IMG/VR virus record: IMGVR_UViG_3300032275_000010
Span: 1-35,419 of that record
Source of the DNA: a virus
Lineage: Duplodnaviria > Caudoviricetes
Length of the DNA: 35,419 nt
Reading direction: 5' to 3' (one strand)
Every line of letters begins with the position of its first letter. Position 1 is the first letter of the stretch. The notes beneath the pieces were generated by a model, which was given only the letters and a program-made list of their open reading frames with translations, had not been told where the DNA came from and did not search any database. A program made the translations under genes and the position numbers. Shown here one piece after another: positions 23,441 through 32,481 of this stretch.

Positions 23441-25088
23441 ATCTGGAAAACTCAGCAATGTGCGTGCCTGTATTGGGCCGCCAGCTTACTATTTTTTGCT
23501 TGCCGTCATCATCCTTTACTACAACCTTGATACGCTCCGGCGTAGCGGAAATCGCCCCTGCAATGGCATCCATGTAGTCATCCATCTGATTTTGCGTGTC
23601 TGGTTGCCAGTCCTTCATTTGATCCCATGTCGGGCCAGCAAGTACGTCAACATGGGCCCAGAGCATATTTGAATTTAATGGCGGCTCGATAGATTCCAGG
23701 ATGCGCTTGTTCTTGTTCGTGAAAGCGGCCTCCTCCTGTACCCCGCAAATCAAGTGCCGCTGTTTCAGGCAGGCCATTAGCCACTTTGGGGCGAAGGCGC
23801 CCACGCCATTCGTTTCAACCACGATCCGCGGGATATGATATTTTTCTACTAAATCGCAAATCTGCCAGACCTGGCCGCCAATCACCTTGATAACTGATCC
23901 ATGTTCCAGAAGTTCTGCTACCTCGCCAGTGAGTTGCGCGGCCTTGTGGATATAACGCCGCCCCTGTTCATCCTGCAGAATCACCGCAAAGGCTGACACG
24001 TCGCTATTGAGTTTGGCAGCTGATGGATCCCAACGCGCAGCCATGCCCATTATTTTGGCGCTGCCAAGATACATCGATGCCGTTTTGTTGGCATACCGAA
24101 TTTCAGGTTCAACCTGGTAAGGAATGATTTTTGAAGGGTCTAGCCGCGTCTCTCCGATTGGCTTCGATTCCAGCATATACTGAGAATCCCAGCCATTCAG
24201 CGTCTTGGTGCCCTTGCGCCGTACCTCAATTTCAGCCCGGTTAAAACGCTCTGGCCATACGCACTTGCTATAAATGTCGATCACCACACACGGCGGCGCG
24301 GCGAAGACAATATCTGTACCTTCTATCCGGTAATCAGTTTTTTCAACCAGCATACGTCCAAACTTACCAATTCCAGATAGCACGTAAATCCCGTCTTTTC
24401 CGACTGGATGCGTGAAAGAATAGCGCGTCTTGACGTTCGTAATTTCATAGCGGGTTGCATACTCAAATAGAGATATTTTCAGTGACGCGGCGCCGGCTTC
24501 GATCTGTTCGGTATAGATCGAGTCATATGTGTGCGGTGTGCCAATGTATGTTTTCTGCCCGCCAGGCGTCAAAATATGGGTAGGTTCTTCGATCTTTTCG
24601 CGGATCATCATCCTGGCATCAGCCGTCTTGATGTTCTTCGGTACTTCAATATCATCAAAATCCACCGCATCCGCACGCGAACCTGTCGAGTTTGAATTGA
24701 TCCCGACCGCCTCCATGCTGGGATTACGGGCATCATCTGAGCCGTTAATCCAGAAGCTGAATGCGCCAGGCTTACGCGGAAGCATGCCCTTGCATAATGG
24801 GTGCCTGCGCAGCACGGCAAGAGTGTCGCGGGTCAGTTTACCGGCCAGCTTGTCATCAGCCGCATAGACTAGTGATTTATGAGTGCGGTCTCGATATAAG
24901 CGCCATGCCTTATATACTGCGTAAATCGTGGACTTTGCCGCACCGCGGAACACCATCAGCACGCGCACATTTGAATCGCATTCGTCGATCCAGACACAAA
25001 TCCGAACGTGTAATAGGGGTACGTCCCAGCCTTTAAACTTAGCCCAGATCAGGAAAAAGGTCAGGAAAGATACTTTAGGGGTTTCCAT
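23439..25088 (-). CDS. terL: Terminase large subunit
   Basis: Walker A 'FRGAAKST', Walker B 'GSRADAVDFDDIE', 'YIGTP', nuclease 'WDPS', 'VVETNG' and 'DDYMDA'. Confidence 0.92.
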   Translation of the reverse strand: METPKVSFLTFFLIWAKFKGWDVPLLHVRICVWIDECDSNVRVLMVFRGAAKSTIYAVYKAWRLYRDRTHKSLVYAADDKLAGKLTRDTLAVLRRHPLCKGMLPRKPGAFSFWINGSDDARNPSMEAVGINSNSTGSRADAVDFDDIEVPKNIKTADARMMIREKIEEPTHILTPGGQKTYIGTPHTYDSIYTEQIEAGAASLKISLFEYATRYEITNVKTRYSFTHPVGKDGIYVLSGIGKFGRMLVEKTDYRIEGTDIVFAAPPCVVIDIYSKCVWPERFNRAEIEVRRKGTKTLNGWDSQYMLESKPIGETRLDPSKIIPYQVEPEIRYANKTASMYLGSAKIMGMAARWDPSAAKLNSDVSAFAVILQDEQGRRYIHKAAQLTGEVAELLEHGSVIKVIGGQVWQICDLVEKYHIPRIVVETNGVGAFAPKWLMACLKQRHLICGVQEEAAFTNKNKRILESIEPPLNSNMLWAHVDVLAGPTWDQMKDWQPDTQNQMDDYMDAIAGAISATPERIKVVVKDDDGKQKIVSWRPNTGTHIAEFSR

Positions 25089-25470
25089 GAACCGATTTTT
25101 TTACTTTTGGCTTGTCGGCTTCCCGGTCAAGTAATTCGCGCAGCAACTTTGCACCCTCTTTTTCAGCCGCTTTTACTTCGTCATCAAGCAAGCGCTCTTC
25201 ACCGGTCTTTACCCCTGGCGGCGCTCTGCCCATTTCTGTCTGTGCTTTAAGGTATACCGCCTGAGTGATCAGCGTCACCATACGCCCGAGAACAGAGAGG
25301 GTAGACAGCGCAACCTTGCGGCACCATACCGCATCTCCTCGGTCTTCCTGTGTTAAGTCCATCGGCAAAACGCCATGCCCAACCCAGTTTTTAGGATCAG
25401 CATCAGACAAGGCAACCTCTGCCAGTTTTTCACTGAGTTCGTTTAATCGTTTCAGTTGATCAGGAGTCAT
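25075..25470 (-). CDS. Putative terminase small subunit
   Basis: 131-aa helical protein overlapping the terL start. Positional inference. Confidence 0.6.
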   Translation of the reverse strand: MTPDQLKRLNELSEKLAEVALSDADPKNWVGHGVLPMDLTQEDRGDAVWCRKVALSTLSVLGRMVTLITQAVYLKAQTEMGRAPPGVKTGEERLLDDEVKAAEKEGAKLLRELLDREADKPKVKKSVHGNP

Positions 25471-28400
25471 TTTTCAATCCTTTTCATAATTTCATCAGCA
25501 ATTCGCTGCATTTCAGTTGCCCGTTGCTCTGGTGGTATTGCCTGCACAGTGGCAACTTCCTGCGCCTTGTGAAACACTTTTTCATAAACCTGTTTTTTTA
25601 CCATGTCTGGCATATTGTCCCAAGCCGGTTGATTGACAATTGGCACCAGTATTTCATGCGCCATCTGGCCGGATAGTATGGTGAAGTCATGTTGCTGTTG
25701 TTGAGTCAATTCAACCTTGCCTATATCCTTTTGACCCATCGCAGACAATTCGATTTTCTTCGGTGCCAGCGCAGATGCTACGCCTAGCCTAGCAGCCTCA
25801 GTACGCACCTTGTCTGTACTGATCGTTGTTTCAGTTACAGGAGATACAATTCCAAGCCGTTCTTTGCTTTGTATTGGTTCACCGAACATATCAAGTTTTG
25901 GTAAGAGGTCGCCACGCAGTCCAGGAATTCTTGCCTCAACTGCTTGGCGCACGCTATCGACTTCACGGGTGAAAGGATCAAGCATCGCAGTCGGTTGCGC
26001 GACAATATTCGGCACGGTTGACCCGGCGAAAGATTGAATCAGGCGTGGCCCGAAGCGTGAGGGATCAGACATTGCATTCATAACGTTGGTAATACCCTGT
26101 AAAAATGTTTGACTCGTAATCGCATTGGCAAAAGCTACAGACAACATTTTCGGCACCCTATCCGATTCGCTATCATTCATGTGCTCCCAAACCTCGGCAA
26201 TATCTGAAGCCATCCCCATCAGTGTCCCAATAGGCTGCAAGCGCTGGTAGTTGTACCATGTATCACCGATTTTTATAGAGTACGGCTGCCAGCCAGCAGC
26301 AAGCTGAGCTCTGCGCTTTGCCGGATCAGGATCACCGGCACCGCTGATATGTCCATCCAGTGCGAAAGCGAACACGGTAGACATAATTGCAGAACCAACC
26401 AGAACTTCAGCCATTGCACGGTCAGCTTCAATACCACCAGATGCAAGAGCCGTGCGCCATTCTTTGACTGCTGGCGCAAATGGTGTCAACCTAATCAGTT
26501 CTTTTGCAATGTTACCCGGTGTCCTGATAAACGGCACCATAAATTCAAGATGAAATTCCTTAACCAGTTTTTGCACAGCCTGGCCTTTGGGGCCTAAATC
26601 CATGTTAAATGTGTATCGTTTCCCAGCCGTGTCGATTGCTTGCTGCATTTCGGTTGGCGGGTTCTGCATTATATCCACAACCCTTTCTTTGAATTCCCTT
26701 GTTCTAATATCTATGCCTTCGATTATCGCTTGCCGTGTTGCTAGTGAATAGGCTTCGCTTCGTTCGTTTATAGTTTTGAATAATGCATCTTCAGCACCTA
26801 GCGCACGGAATGGAAGCCGGATAATTTGACCCTTTTCCCCATCAATTGCATGGCGGAATGATTCAGATTTACCCTGCTCTTGCAAAGCATCTTCATTGGC
26901 TATCATTGCCGCCGCAATCTTTGCGCCGTCCTTGGCCCCCTCAATCATGCCTGTAATACGAGCTAGCGGCTCATGGATTGAAATACGTTCTTCAACGGGT
27001 GCACCACGCAGCTTGCCGATTGCTGCAGCAACTGTATCTATCGGCAAACGCATAGTAGCAAAAGTACCATTACCCATTAGGTTGGCGACATGGGTAACTG
27101 GACCAGATAGAATTCCAGCCTTCCACCCTTCTACCAGCTTTTCCCAAGTGGTTGCCTTTGATGCTTCAGCTGCAAATTTTGCCATGCCTTCTTTGGTGCC
27201 AATCTCCCCAATCATGCGTGCAAGTTCTTGCGGATCATGGCCGTATTGCGCAAATAGGCTTTGCGTATTCTTCGCAATATCACTCATTTGCTTCGCAGCT
27301 TTTCGGGCATTTAAGGCGCGCGCAATCTCGGCCCCATTACCCTGGTCAATCGCTTGCAGAAATGCAAGGCTTTCGATTGCCACAACTAGCGCCCTGTCAT
27401 CTTCGGGTGTTGCCTCTGCGGCTTTAGCGCGGACATTACGGGCAGCCTCCGCCACATCAAAAGCGGCTTTCTGCGCCATTGCCTCCCAAGCCATCGCCTT
27501 CCCAGCAAGATTTTCAAAGTCTCCCCCGCCAGCCTTCAGCCCTGAATTCTTTATGATATCCATCGCCTTCGCTTGCGTAGCGTCCCATGATTCCTTGCCG
27601 CGTAATTCAGCAATTTGCTTTTCAAACACCTGAGAAATACGGGCATGGATAGCCTTCACATCTTCGGGACTATCAACATATTTGTAATTGATATGGTTCG
27701 GGGCTTTTTCAGAAGTGATCTGCCCGAGTGATTGATTCTCAATCACCTGATTAACATTCAATTCGCGGTCAGTCCCGAAAAGGACATTTTCTATCATCCT
27801 CTCACGTGCTGCGGGGATATAGGCGCGGGGTATTCCAGTGTCGATTGATTCTCTGATCAGCGGGTCTACTGCTTCGGCCGGCTTTGCTTGCGCTTTGTCA
27901 AATTCCTTTCTTGCTGCATAATCTACTCTTCGATTATCAGTTATATCTGGGTTCTTTGGATCAAATAATCCGCTGTTGTCTGTAGCGGATTTTATTTGCG
28001 ATGATGAAAATACAACCCATGCCTCTGATTCTTCAGAGAAATTGCCATCTGGGAAGTGCACGCTGTCAAACCCTTTTTTTTGCGCGTACTTTACAATATC
28101 AATGTTATTATCGAAATCAAGCGCTTCCCCATTAGCAAACGGCTTTAGCTTGTTATTGCGATAGTCAAATGTTACTGTCAACGGGTTTTTTGAATTAAGA
28201 TAGACCTTGTAAATCTCGCCATCCTGACTTTTTGCATAGCTATTAGCATATTCAATGCTGCGCGTAAACCATGCCCCAGGTTCATCTCTGCCTGGGGTTA
28301 TTTCAGTGAGTCCTGCTGTCATGCTGCCGTGGTACATAACCAGCGGATTACCCTCTGCATCTACTACCTTACTATCACCAAACCAGCTCTTAAATTCTGG

Positions 28401-30062
28401 CGTGTCAATTTGTTTTATTGTCTCCGGTCTTGCAGCTCCGGTCGCATCAGGTATTCCACCAGGTAATTTTGCTGCTGCTCCGATGTCATTCCCTGCATTT
28501 CCTGTGTCCGCTTTTCCGCCAGTCGTTGCAGCATCAACTCTGTCGAACCTGAGGCCGCGAGCTTTTCTGTCGGCTTTATCTGTGTACTGATTCGCTTCTG
28601 CTGACTTAAAGTCTTTTCCTGTCCCATAGCTGAACCCTACGCCTTTCTTGTGAACCTGATTCCCGTTTTTATCGGTATAGTAAAACCCTTCCTCCATGAA
28701 TCTATCACGGGCGATATTCATTACTTTATTGGCATCTGCTTCTGTATGAAACTGAGCCTTGAATTCGTCGCCTGATATGTGGTAGACCTCTTGAGTTACG
28801 TTTTCAATCTGTTTCGCCATTGCTTTAATAGCAGCATCACCTGCATCATGACCGAGTGTGTCATTTAAGGTTTTCAGTCCATCAATGTCAGCGAATACCT
28901 TAACCGGCAATTCTTGAGCAACGTCAAGCGCTGCTTTATTTGGTATCCCTGTTAATGCACTGGTATAGTGCCTGCGGTCATGAGCAATTAATTCCTGAAG
29001 TCTTTCATCAGGAGACATGCTTTCATAGCGGGTACGGCGTTCTGTTTCTGTGCTACGTCGATTCTGGAAAAGCAAATCATTTTTTATTGTTGGATCAGCC
29101 ATTGCATCAGCTGCAACCTTACCCGGTTCGATACCTGTTTTCTCCATTATAGTACTAAGTTTACCGGTCAAAGCCTCTGTATCCTTACCCTCTCCTATGG
29201 CTATTGCGGCATTTGTAATATCCTTTGTCTTTGCCATGCCCGGATTACCACGCGGCCCTATGACACCTATACCAGCCGCAAATACACCATTCAGAAGCAT
29301 ATCCTCGAAAGAGTACTGCGAGCGCATGTCTACGGGCATGTTTGAATTCATATATTCCCTGGATAATTCGCCCATTGCAATGCCTGATGCAAAGCTCGTA
29401 CCGACACGCGTCGCCATGCTGCCGCCGATATTAAGCGGAAGAATTATATTTGCGGTAGTTGAAAGATATGATGCTTTTGCTGCATTGAATGCAGCCATTC
29501 CATCATTGGTATGATCGTAAACTTTCTGTCCAACATCTATTGCGCTGGCAAGTGCAGGCGCAGCAGCAGCACCAGTTCCATGTCGGATCATCTCAGCAAT
29601 AGCGGGCCACATTTCATTTGCAGCCATAACCGAACCAGTTGCTTTGGCTGGTGCAGACAGATACATTTCTGCGACCTGCCCCGCCATATTTCCAATAGTG
29701 TGAGAAACCTTGCCAATAATCCCCGCATCAGGGCGAATCTCAGAGCGTGAGATTGCAGCATCAAGAGGTGCGACTGTGTAATCAAAATATTTTGTTGTCA
29801 GATCAGTGCCGAAAGCGTGATCAAATAATCTAGGAAGTATAGAACCGGCCAGCGCTGGAGCCTTCCAAAATGTACCAGCTGCCTTGTTTAGACCGCGCAT
29901 TGTGTCTGGAAACATTTTCGCCAGATCATTTACAATATGAGATTCATTATCATTTATTATCGGCTTTGCTGTGGATAAGTCAAAGCCTGTATTTTGTGCC
30001 TCTGTTGGCTGCAGGGCTGTATTTTCTGCAATAGGTTGTGCTGTTGCCAAGTCAAACGCCAT
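25467..30062 (-). CDS. Large internal virion/ejection polyvalent protein with GGDEF-like, ART-like and LPD38-like regions
   Basis: 1531 aa in the gp16 position, with N-terminal FDLxTAxPI repeats. 'LTGIPNK...FADIDGLKTLNDTLGHDAGD...SGDEF', and 'FKSWFGDSKVVD..GNPLVMYHGS...WFT...ESE...QIKS'. Confidence 0.85.
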   Translation of the reverse strand: MAFDLATAQPIAENTALQPTEAQNTGFDLSTAKPIINDNESHIVNDLAKMFPDTMRGLNKAAGTFWKAPALAGSILPRLFDHAFGTDLTTKYFDYTVAPLDAAISRSEIRPDAGIIGKVSHTIGNMAGQVAEMYLSAPAKATGSVMAANEMWPAIAEMIRHGTGAAAAPALASAIDVGQKVYDHTNDGMAAFNAAKASYLSTTANIILPLNIGGSMATRVGTSFASGIAMGELSREYMNSNMPVDMRSQYSFEDMLLNGVFAAGIGVIGPRGNPGMAKTKDITNAAIAIGEGKDTEALTGKLSTIMEKTGIEPGKVAADAMADPTIKNDLLFQNRRSTETERRTRYESMSPDERLQELIAHDRRHYTSALTGIPNKAALDVAQELPVKVFADIDGLKTLNDTLGHDAGDAAIKAMAKQIENVTQEVYHISGDEFKAQFHTEADANKVMNIARDRFMEEGFYYTDKNGNQVHKKGVGFSYGTGKDFKSAEANQYTDKADRKARGLRFDRVDAATTGGKADTGNAGNDIGAAAKLPGGIPDATGAARPETIKQIDTPEFKSWFGDSKVVDAEGNPLVMYHGSMTAGLTEITPGRDEPGAWFTRSIEYANSYAKSQDGEIYKVYLNSKNPLTVTFDYRNNKLKPFANGEALDFDNNIDIVKYAQKKGFDSVHFPDGNFSEESEAWVVFSSSQIKSATDNSGLFDPKNPDITDNRRVDYAARKEFDKAQAKPAEAVDPLIRESIDTGIPRAYIPAARERMIENVLFGTDRELNVNQVIENQSLGQITSEKAPNHINYKYVDSPEDVKAIHARISQVFEKQIAELRGKESWDATQAKAMDIIKNSGLKAGGGDFENLAGKAMAWEAMAQKAAFDVAEAARNVRAKAAEATPEDDRALVVAIESLAFLQAIDQGNGAEIARALNARKAAKQMSDIAKNTQSLFAQYGHDPQELARMIGEIGTKEGMAKFAAEASKATTWEKLVEGWKAGILSGPVTHVANLMGNGTFATMRLPIDTVAAAIGKLRGAPVEERISIHEPLARITGMIEGAKDGAKIAAAMIANEDALQEQGKSESFRHAIDGEKGQIIRLPFRALGAEDALFKTINERSEAYSLATRQAIIEGIDIRTREFKERVVDIMQNPPTEMQQAIDTAGKRYTFNMDLGPKGQAVQKLVKEFHLEFMVPFIRTPGNIAKELIRLTPFAPAVKEWRTALASGGIEADRAMAEVLVGSAIMSTVFAFALDGHISGAGDPDPAKRRAQLAAGWQPYSIKIGDTWYNYQRLQPIGTLMGMASDIAEVWEHMNDSESDRVPKMLSVAFANAITSQTFLQGITNVMNAMSDPSRFGPRLIQSFAGSTVPNIVAQPTAMLDPFTREVDSVRQAVEARIPGLRGDLLPKLDMFGEPIQSKERLGIVSPVTETTISTDKVRTEAARLGVASALAPKKIELSAMGQKDIGKVELTQQQQHDFTILSGQMAHEILVPIVNQPAWDNMPDMVKKQVYEKVFHKAQEVATVQAIPPEQRATEMQRIADEIMKRIEK

Positions 30063-31555
30063 TATTTCACCTCTTCAAATTGCTTGCCATCAGGGCTTAC
30101 ATAGGCTTTATTGCCTTTGACATCGGTCTGCAATGCCCATCCTTTTGCATTTTTTTGTACAGCAGTACCACTCTTGAACCGTGCCACATAGTCAGCGGTC
30201 TGCTGATTGAAATCGCGCTTATAGCCGTCAATTGTTGAGCCCAGATATTCTTTACTTTTTGGGTCAAGCAGATCATGCATCGGAATACCGGACTTGCGTT
30301 TCTGTGCAAGAACCTGATCAAAGTATGCATTCCACTGGTAAAAGTTCTGCTCACCTGCTGGGTCTTTGCCGAACATTGTCGAGCCGCTGATTTGCGCCTG
30401 CGCCATTGTCTTAAAGTTTTTAAGCAATTCCCCTTCGGGCTGGTTTTTGCCATCTACCTCGGCACGCAGTCTTGCCATATCCGTAATTGACAATCCATTG
30501 CCAACATACGGATAAAGCTGATCTGCTGAGGTAATGGCATTTTTCGCATCAGCCGGGCCGTGGATGCGCTGGAATAAGTCGCCAAATATTCCAGCATCCG
30601 TTCTGTCCATCTTGTTAGATTGCGCTTCGATAATACTTTTCATGTGCAATTTTTGGGTAAAATCAAGCGTATCATTTTTTAGAACTTCACCGACAGTTAG
30701 CTTACCGGCTACCGTTCTAACGAGGTAGCCTTGCATGATTTTATCTTGCTGCTCTTTCTGCGCACGTTCAGCGATAACACGGGCATTGTTTTCATCAATT
30801 ACTACCCCGTGTATATATTGATCAGTCTGCGCAATCAGGGCGGTGCGCTGATTCGTATCCAGTTTACCGACATAGGTGCCATCAGTTGTATTCTGCAAGT
30901 CTTGTTTGATTGCTTTCAGCGCATCCATGCTGCTGCTGTTTTGCTGCAATCTTGATTGCCCTACCTGGAACCATGTCTTGTCAAGAAATTCCTGCTTCTT
31001 TGCTGCCCAGTTCTTACCGTATGACTTCAATCCATCAGCATCATACGCATCAAGTGCAGATAATTCCTTAACTGGATCAGCACCAGGCAATCCAGCCAGT
31101 TTGCCAATCTTATCCATGCCTAGGTCAACGGTCGATTTTTGCTCCAGCACTTGCGCTTGCGAAATCATCGGGCGGATAGCGTTCATGCCTTCCGCCTGGG
31201 CCTGTATTATTCCACGAGAAACATTTTCAGCAGTTACTGGGTCAGCATAGGACGCATCCGGCTTTTGAATTGCAGCAATTTTTTCCTTGTATTTCGCACC
31301 CGCATCAGCAGCGCTTAATGTTCCATCAGCCAGCGATGGAGCAAGATCAAGACCGGCAGTATGCACAGCGATTTTATAATCCTGAAAATCATTTGCAGCT
31401 TTGGTGCGATTCAGTGCCCGCTGTTCCTCCAGCATCTGCGCCCCTATCTGCATACCCACATTGCCAAATTGCGCGAGCCCAGTTCCTTGCGAACTATTTA
31501 CTGCTGGCGCGGGTGCCGCGATTGCATTGCCAAAATTACCGATTGGGATATTCAT
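30062..31555 (-). CDS. Internal virion/ejection protein
   Basis: Helical Ala/Gln-rich protein in the gp15 position, TAATG overlap with the next gene. Confidence 0.75.
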   Translation of the reverse strand: MNIPIGNFGNAIAAPAPAVNSSQGTGLAQFGNVGMQIGAQMLEEQRALNRTKAANDFQDYKIAVHTAGLDLAPSLADGTLSAADAGAKYKEKIAAIQKPDASYADPVTAENVSRGIIQAQAEGMNAIRPMISQAQVLEQKSTVDLGMDKIGKLAGLPGADPVKELSALDAYDADGLKSYGKNWAAKKQEFLDKTWFQVGQSRLQQNSSSMDALKAIKQDLQNTTDGTYVGKLDTNQRTALIAQTDQYIHGVVIDENNARVIAERAQKEQQDKIMQGYLVRTVAGKLTVGEVLKNDTLDFTQKLHMKSIIEAQSNKMDRTDAGIFGDLFQRIHGPADAKNAITSADQLYPYVGNGLSITDMARLRAEVDGKNQPEGELLKNFKTMAQAQISGSTMFGKDPAGEQNFYQWNAYFDQVLAQKRKSGIPMHDLLDPKSKEYLGSTIDGYKRDFNQQTADYVARFKSGTAVQKNAKGWALQTDVKGNKAYVSPDGKQFEEVK

Positions 31556-31556
31556 A

Positions 31557-32024
31557 TTAAAATCCGCTATTCTGTTCATCAATCATCTGCTGTTGTGTTG
31601 GGCCTTTCTTTTTACTTCCCCAACCACCCTTTGCTACCTGCGCGCCACTGCTCAACACCGATGATGCAGCGCCAAAATATGAATTCATGCGTGCATTATC
31701 CGCCGCACGCTGTGCAGAATTCTTTGCACGCTGTCCGCTCAGGATGGCAGAGAGCGCATCTTGCTGTACATTTTGATCAATGGTATTTTTTATTTCAAGC
31801 GCCGTTCCTTCGCCGAGTTTAACCCCGGAGGCAGCCAGCGCGACATTTGCAGAGCCTTGTTGGCGTATTCCTGCTTTACGGATGTTTTTTGCGGTCTGAT
31901 TCGCTTCATCCAGCGCATAGGCACCCTGAATCTCAGCTTGCCTTGCCTGATCTTCGCCAGCCATCAGTTGCCCGCCCATTGATAGCGCTGTTGATGCCAA
32001 TATTATTTCTAATCCTGTGCACAT
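31557..32024 (-). CDS. Internal virion protein (gp14-position)
   Basis: MC- start, hydrophobic N-terminus and 'ALAASGV...GT' motif. Confidence 0.78.
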   Translation of the reverse strand: MCTGLEIILASTALSMGGQLMAGEDQARQAEIQGAYALDEANQTAKNIRKAGIRQQGSANVALAASGVKLGEGTALEIKNTIDQNVQQDALSAILSGQRAKNSAQRAADNARMNSYFGAASSVLSSGAQVAKGGWGSKKKGPTQQQMIDEQNSGF

Positions 32025-32479
32025 GGGTTAACCTCAAATCCTATTGAACATTTTTGAAATCCGAACGATTCATAAAGCTGTGCTGTCCGGTCAAGATGTA
32101 TACCTGTTGATATTCCAGCTTGAATCAATTTCGCACCATTTTCCCTTGCCCATGCAACATACATATTGAGCATCGTTTTTGCCAGCGATCCGCCACGGTG
32201 TTCCTTGGTAACAAATACAAGCAAATCAGTTGCGACAAGATCGTGCGAAAAGAAGTGCTCTGCAATTATGGCGCAAATCAACCCGATTAAAATATTATCT
32301 CGCTCAACAACCAGAATAAAATACTGCTTCTGCTCAATCAAGTTCACAAATAAATTAATCATTTTTTCAGCAGAGAATTCAAGTTTTGAATACCGCGGCG
32401 ATTCTGCATGCATCGCAACTGCAAGATTAAGCAGCAAGTCTAAATCGTCATTTGTAGCAGGTCTGAAAGTTGTTGTCAT
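32009..32479 (-). CDS. GNAT-family acetyltransferase (gp13-position)
   Basis: 'FRPATNDD', 'FVTKEHRGGSLA', 'WARENGA' and 'LYESFGF'. Confidence 0.85.
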   Translation of the reverse strand: MTTTFRPATNDDLDLLLNLAVAMHAESPRYSKLEFSAEKMINLFVNLIEQKQYFILVVERDNILIGLICAIIAEHFFSHDLVATDLLVFVTKEHRGGSLAKTMLNMYVAWARENGAKLIQAGISTGIHLDRTAQLYESFGFQKCSIGFEVNPCAQD

Positions 32480-32481
32480 GG

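Noticed and set aside
26896-27633. 245-aa plus-strand ORF
   Set aside because: Antisense shadow of the Ala-rich ejection protein.
29970-29978. Second perfect DnaA box (TGTGGATAA)
   Set aside because: Isolated, inside coding sequence (LSTA codons), with no iterons nearby.
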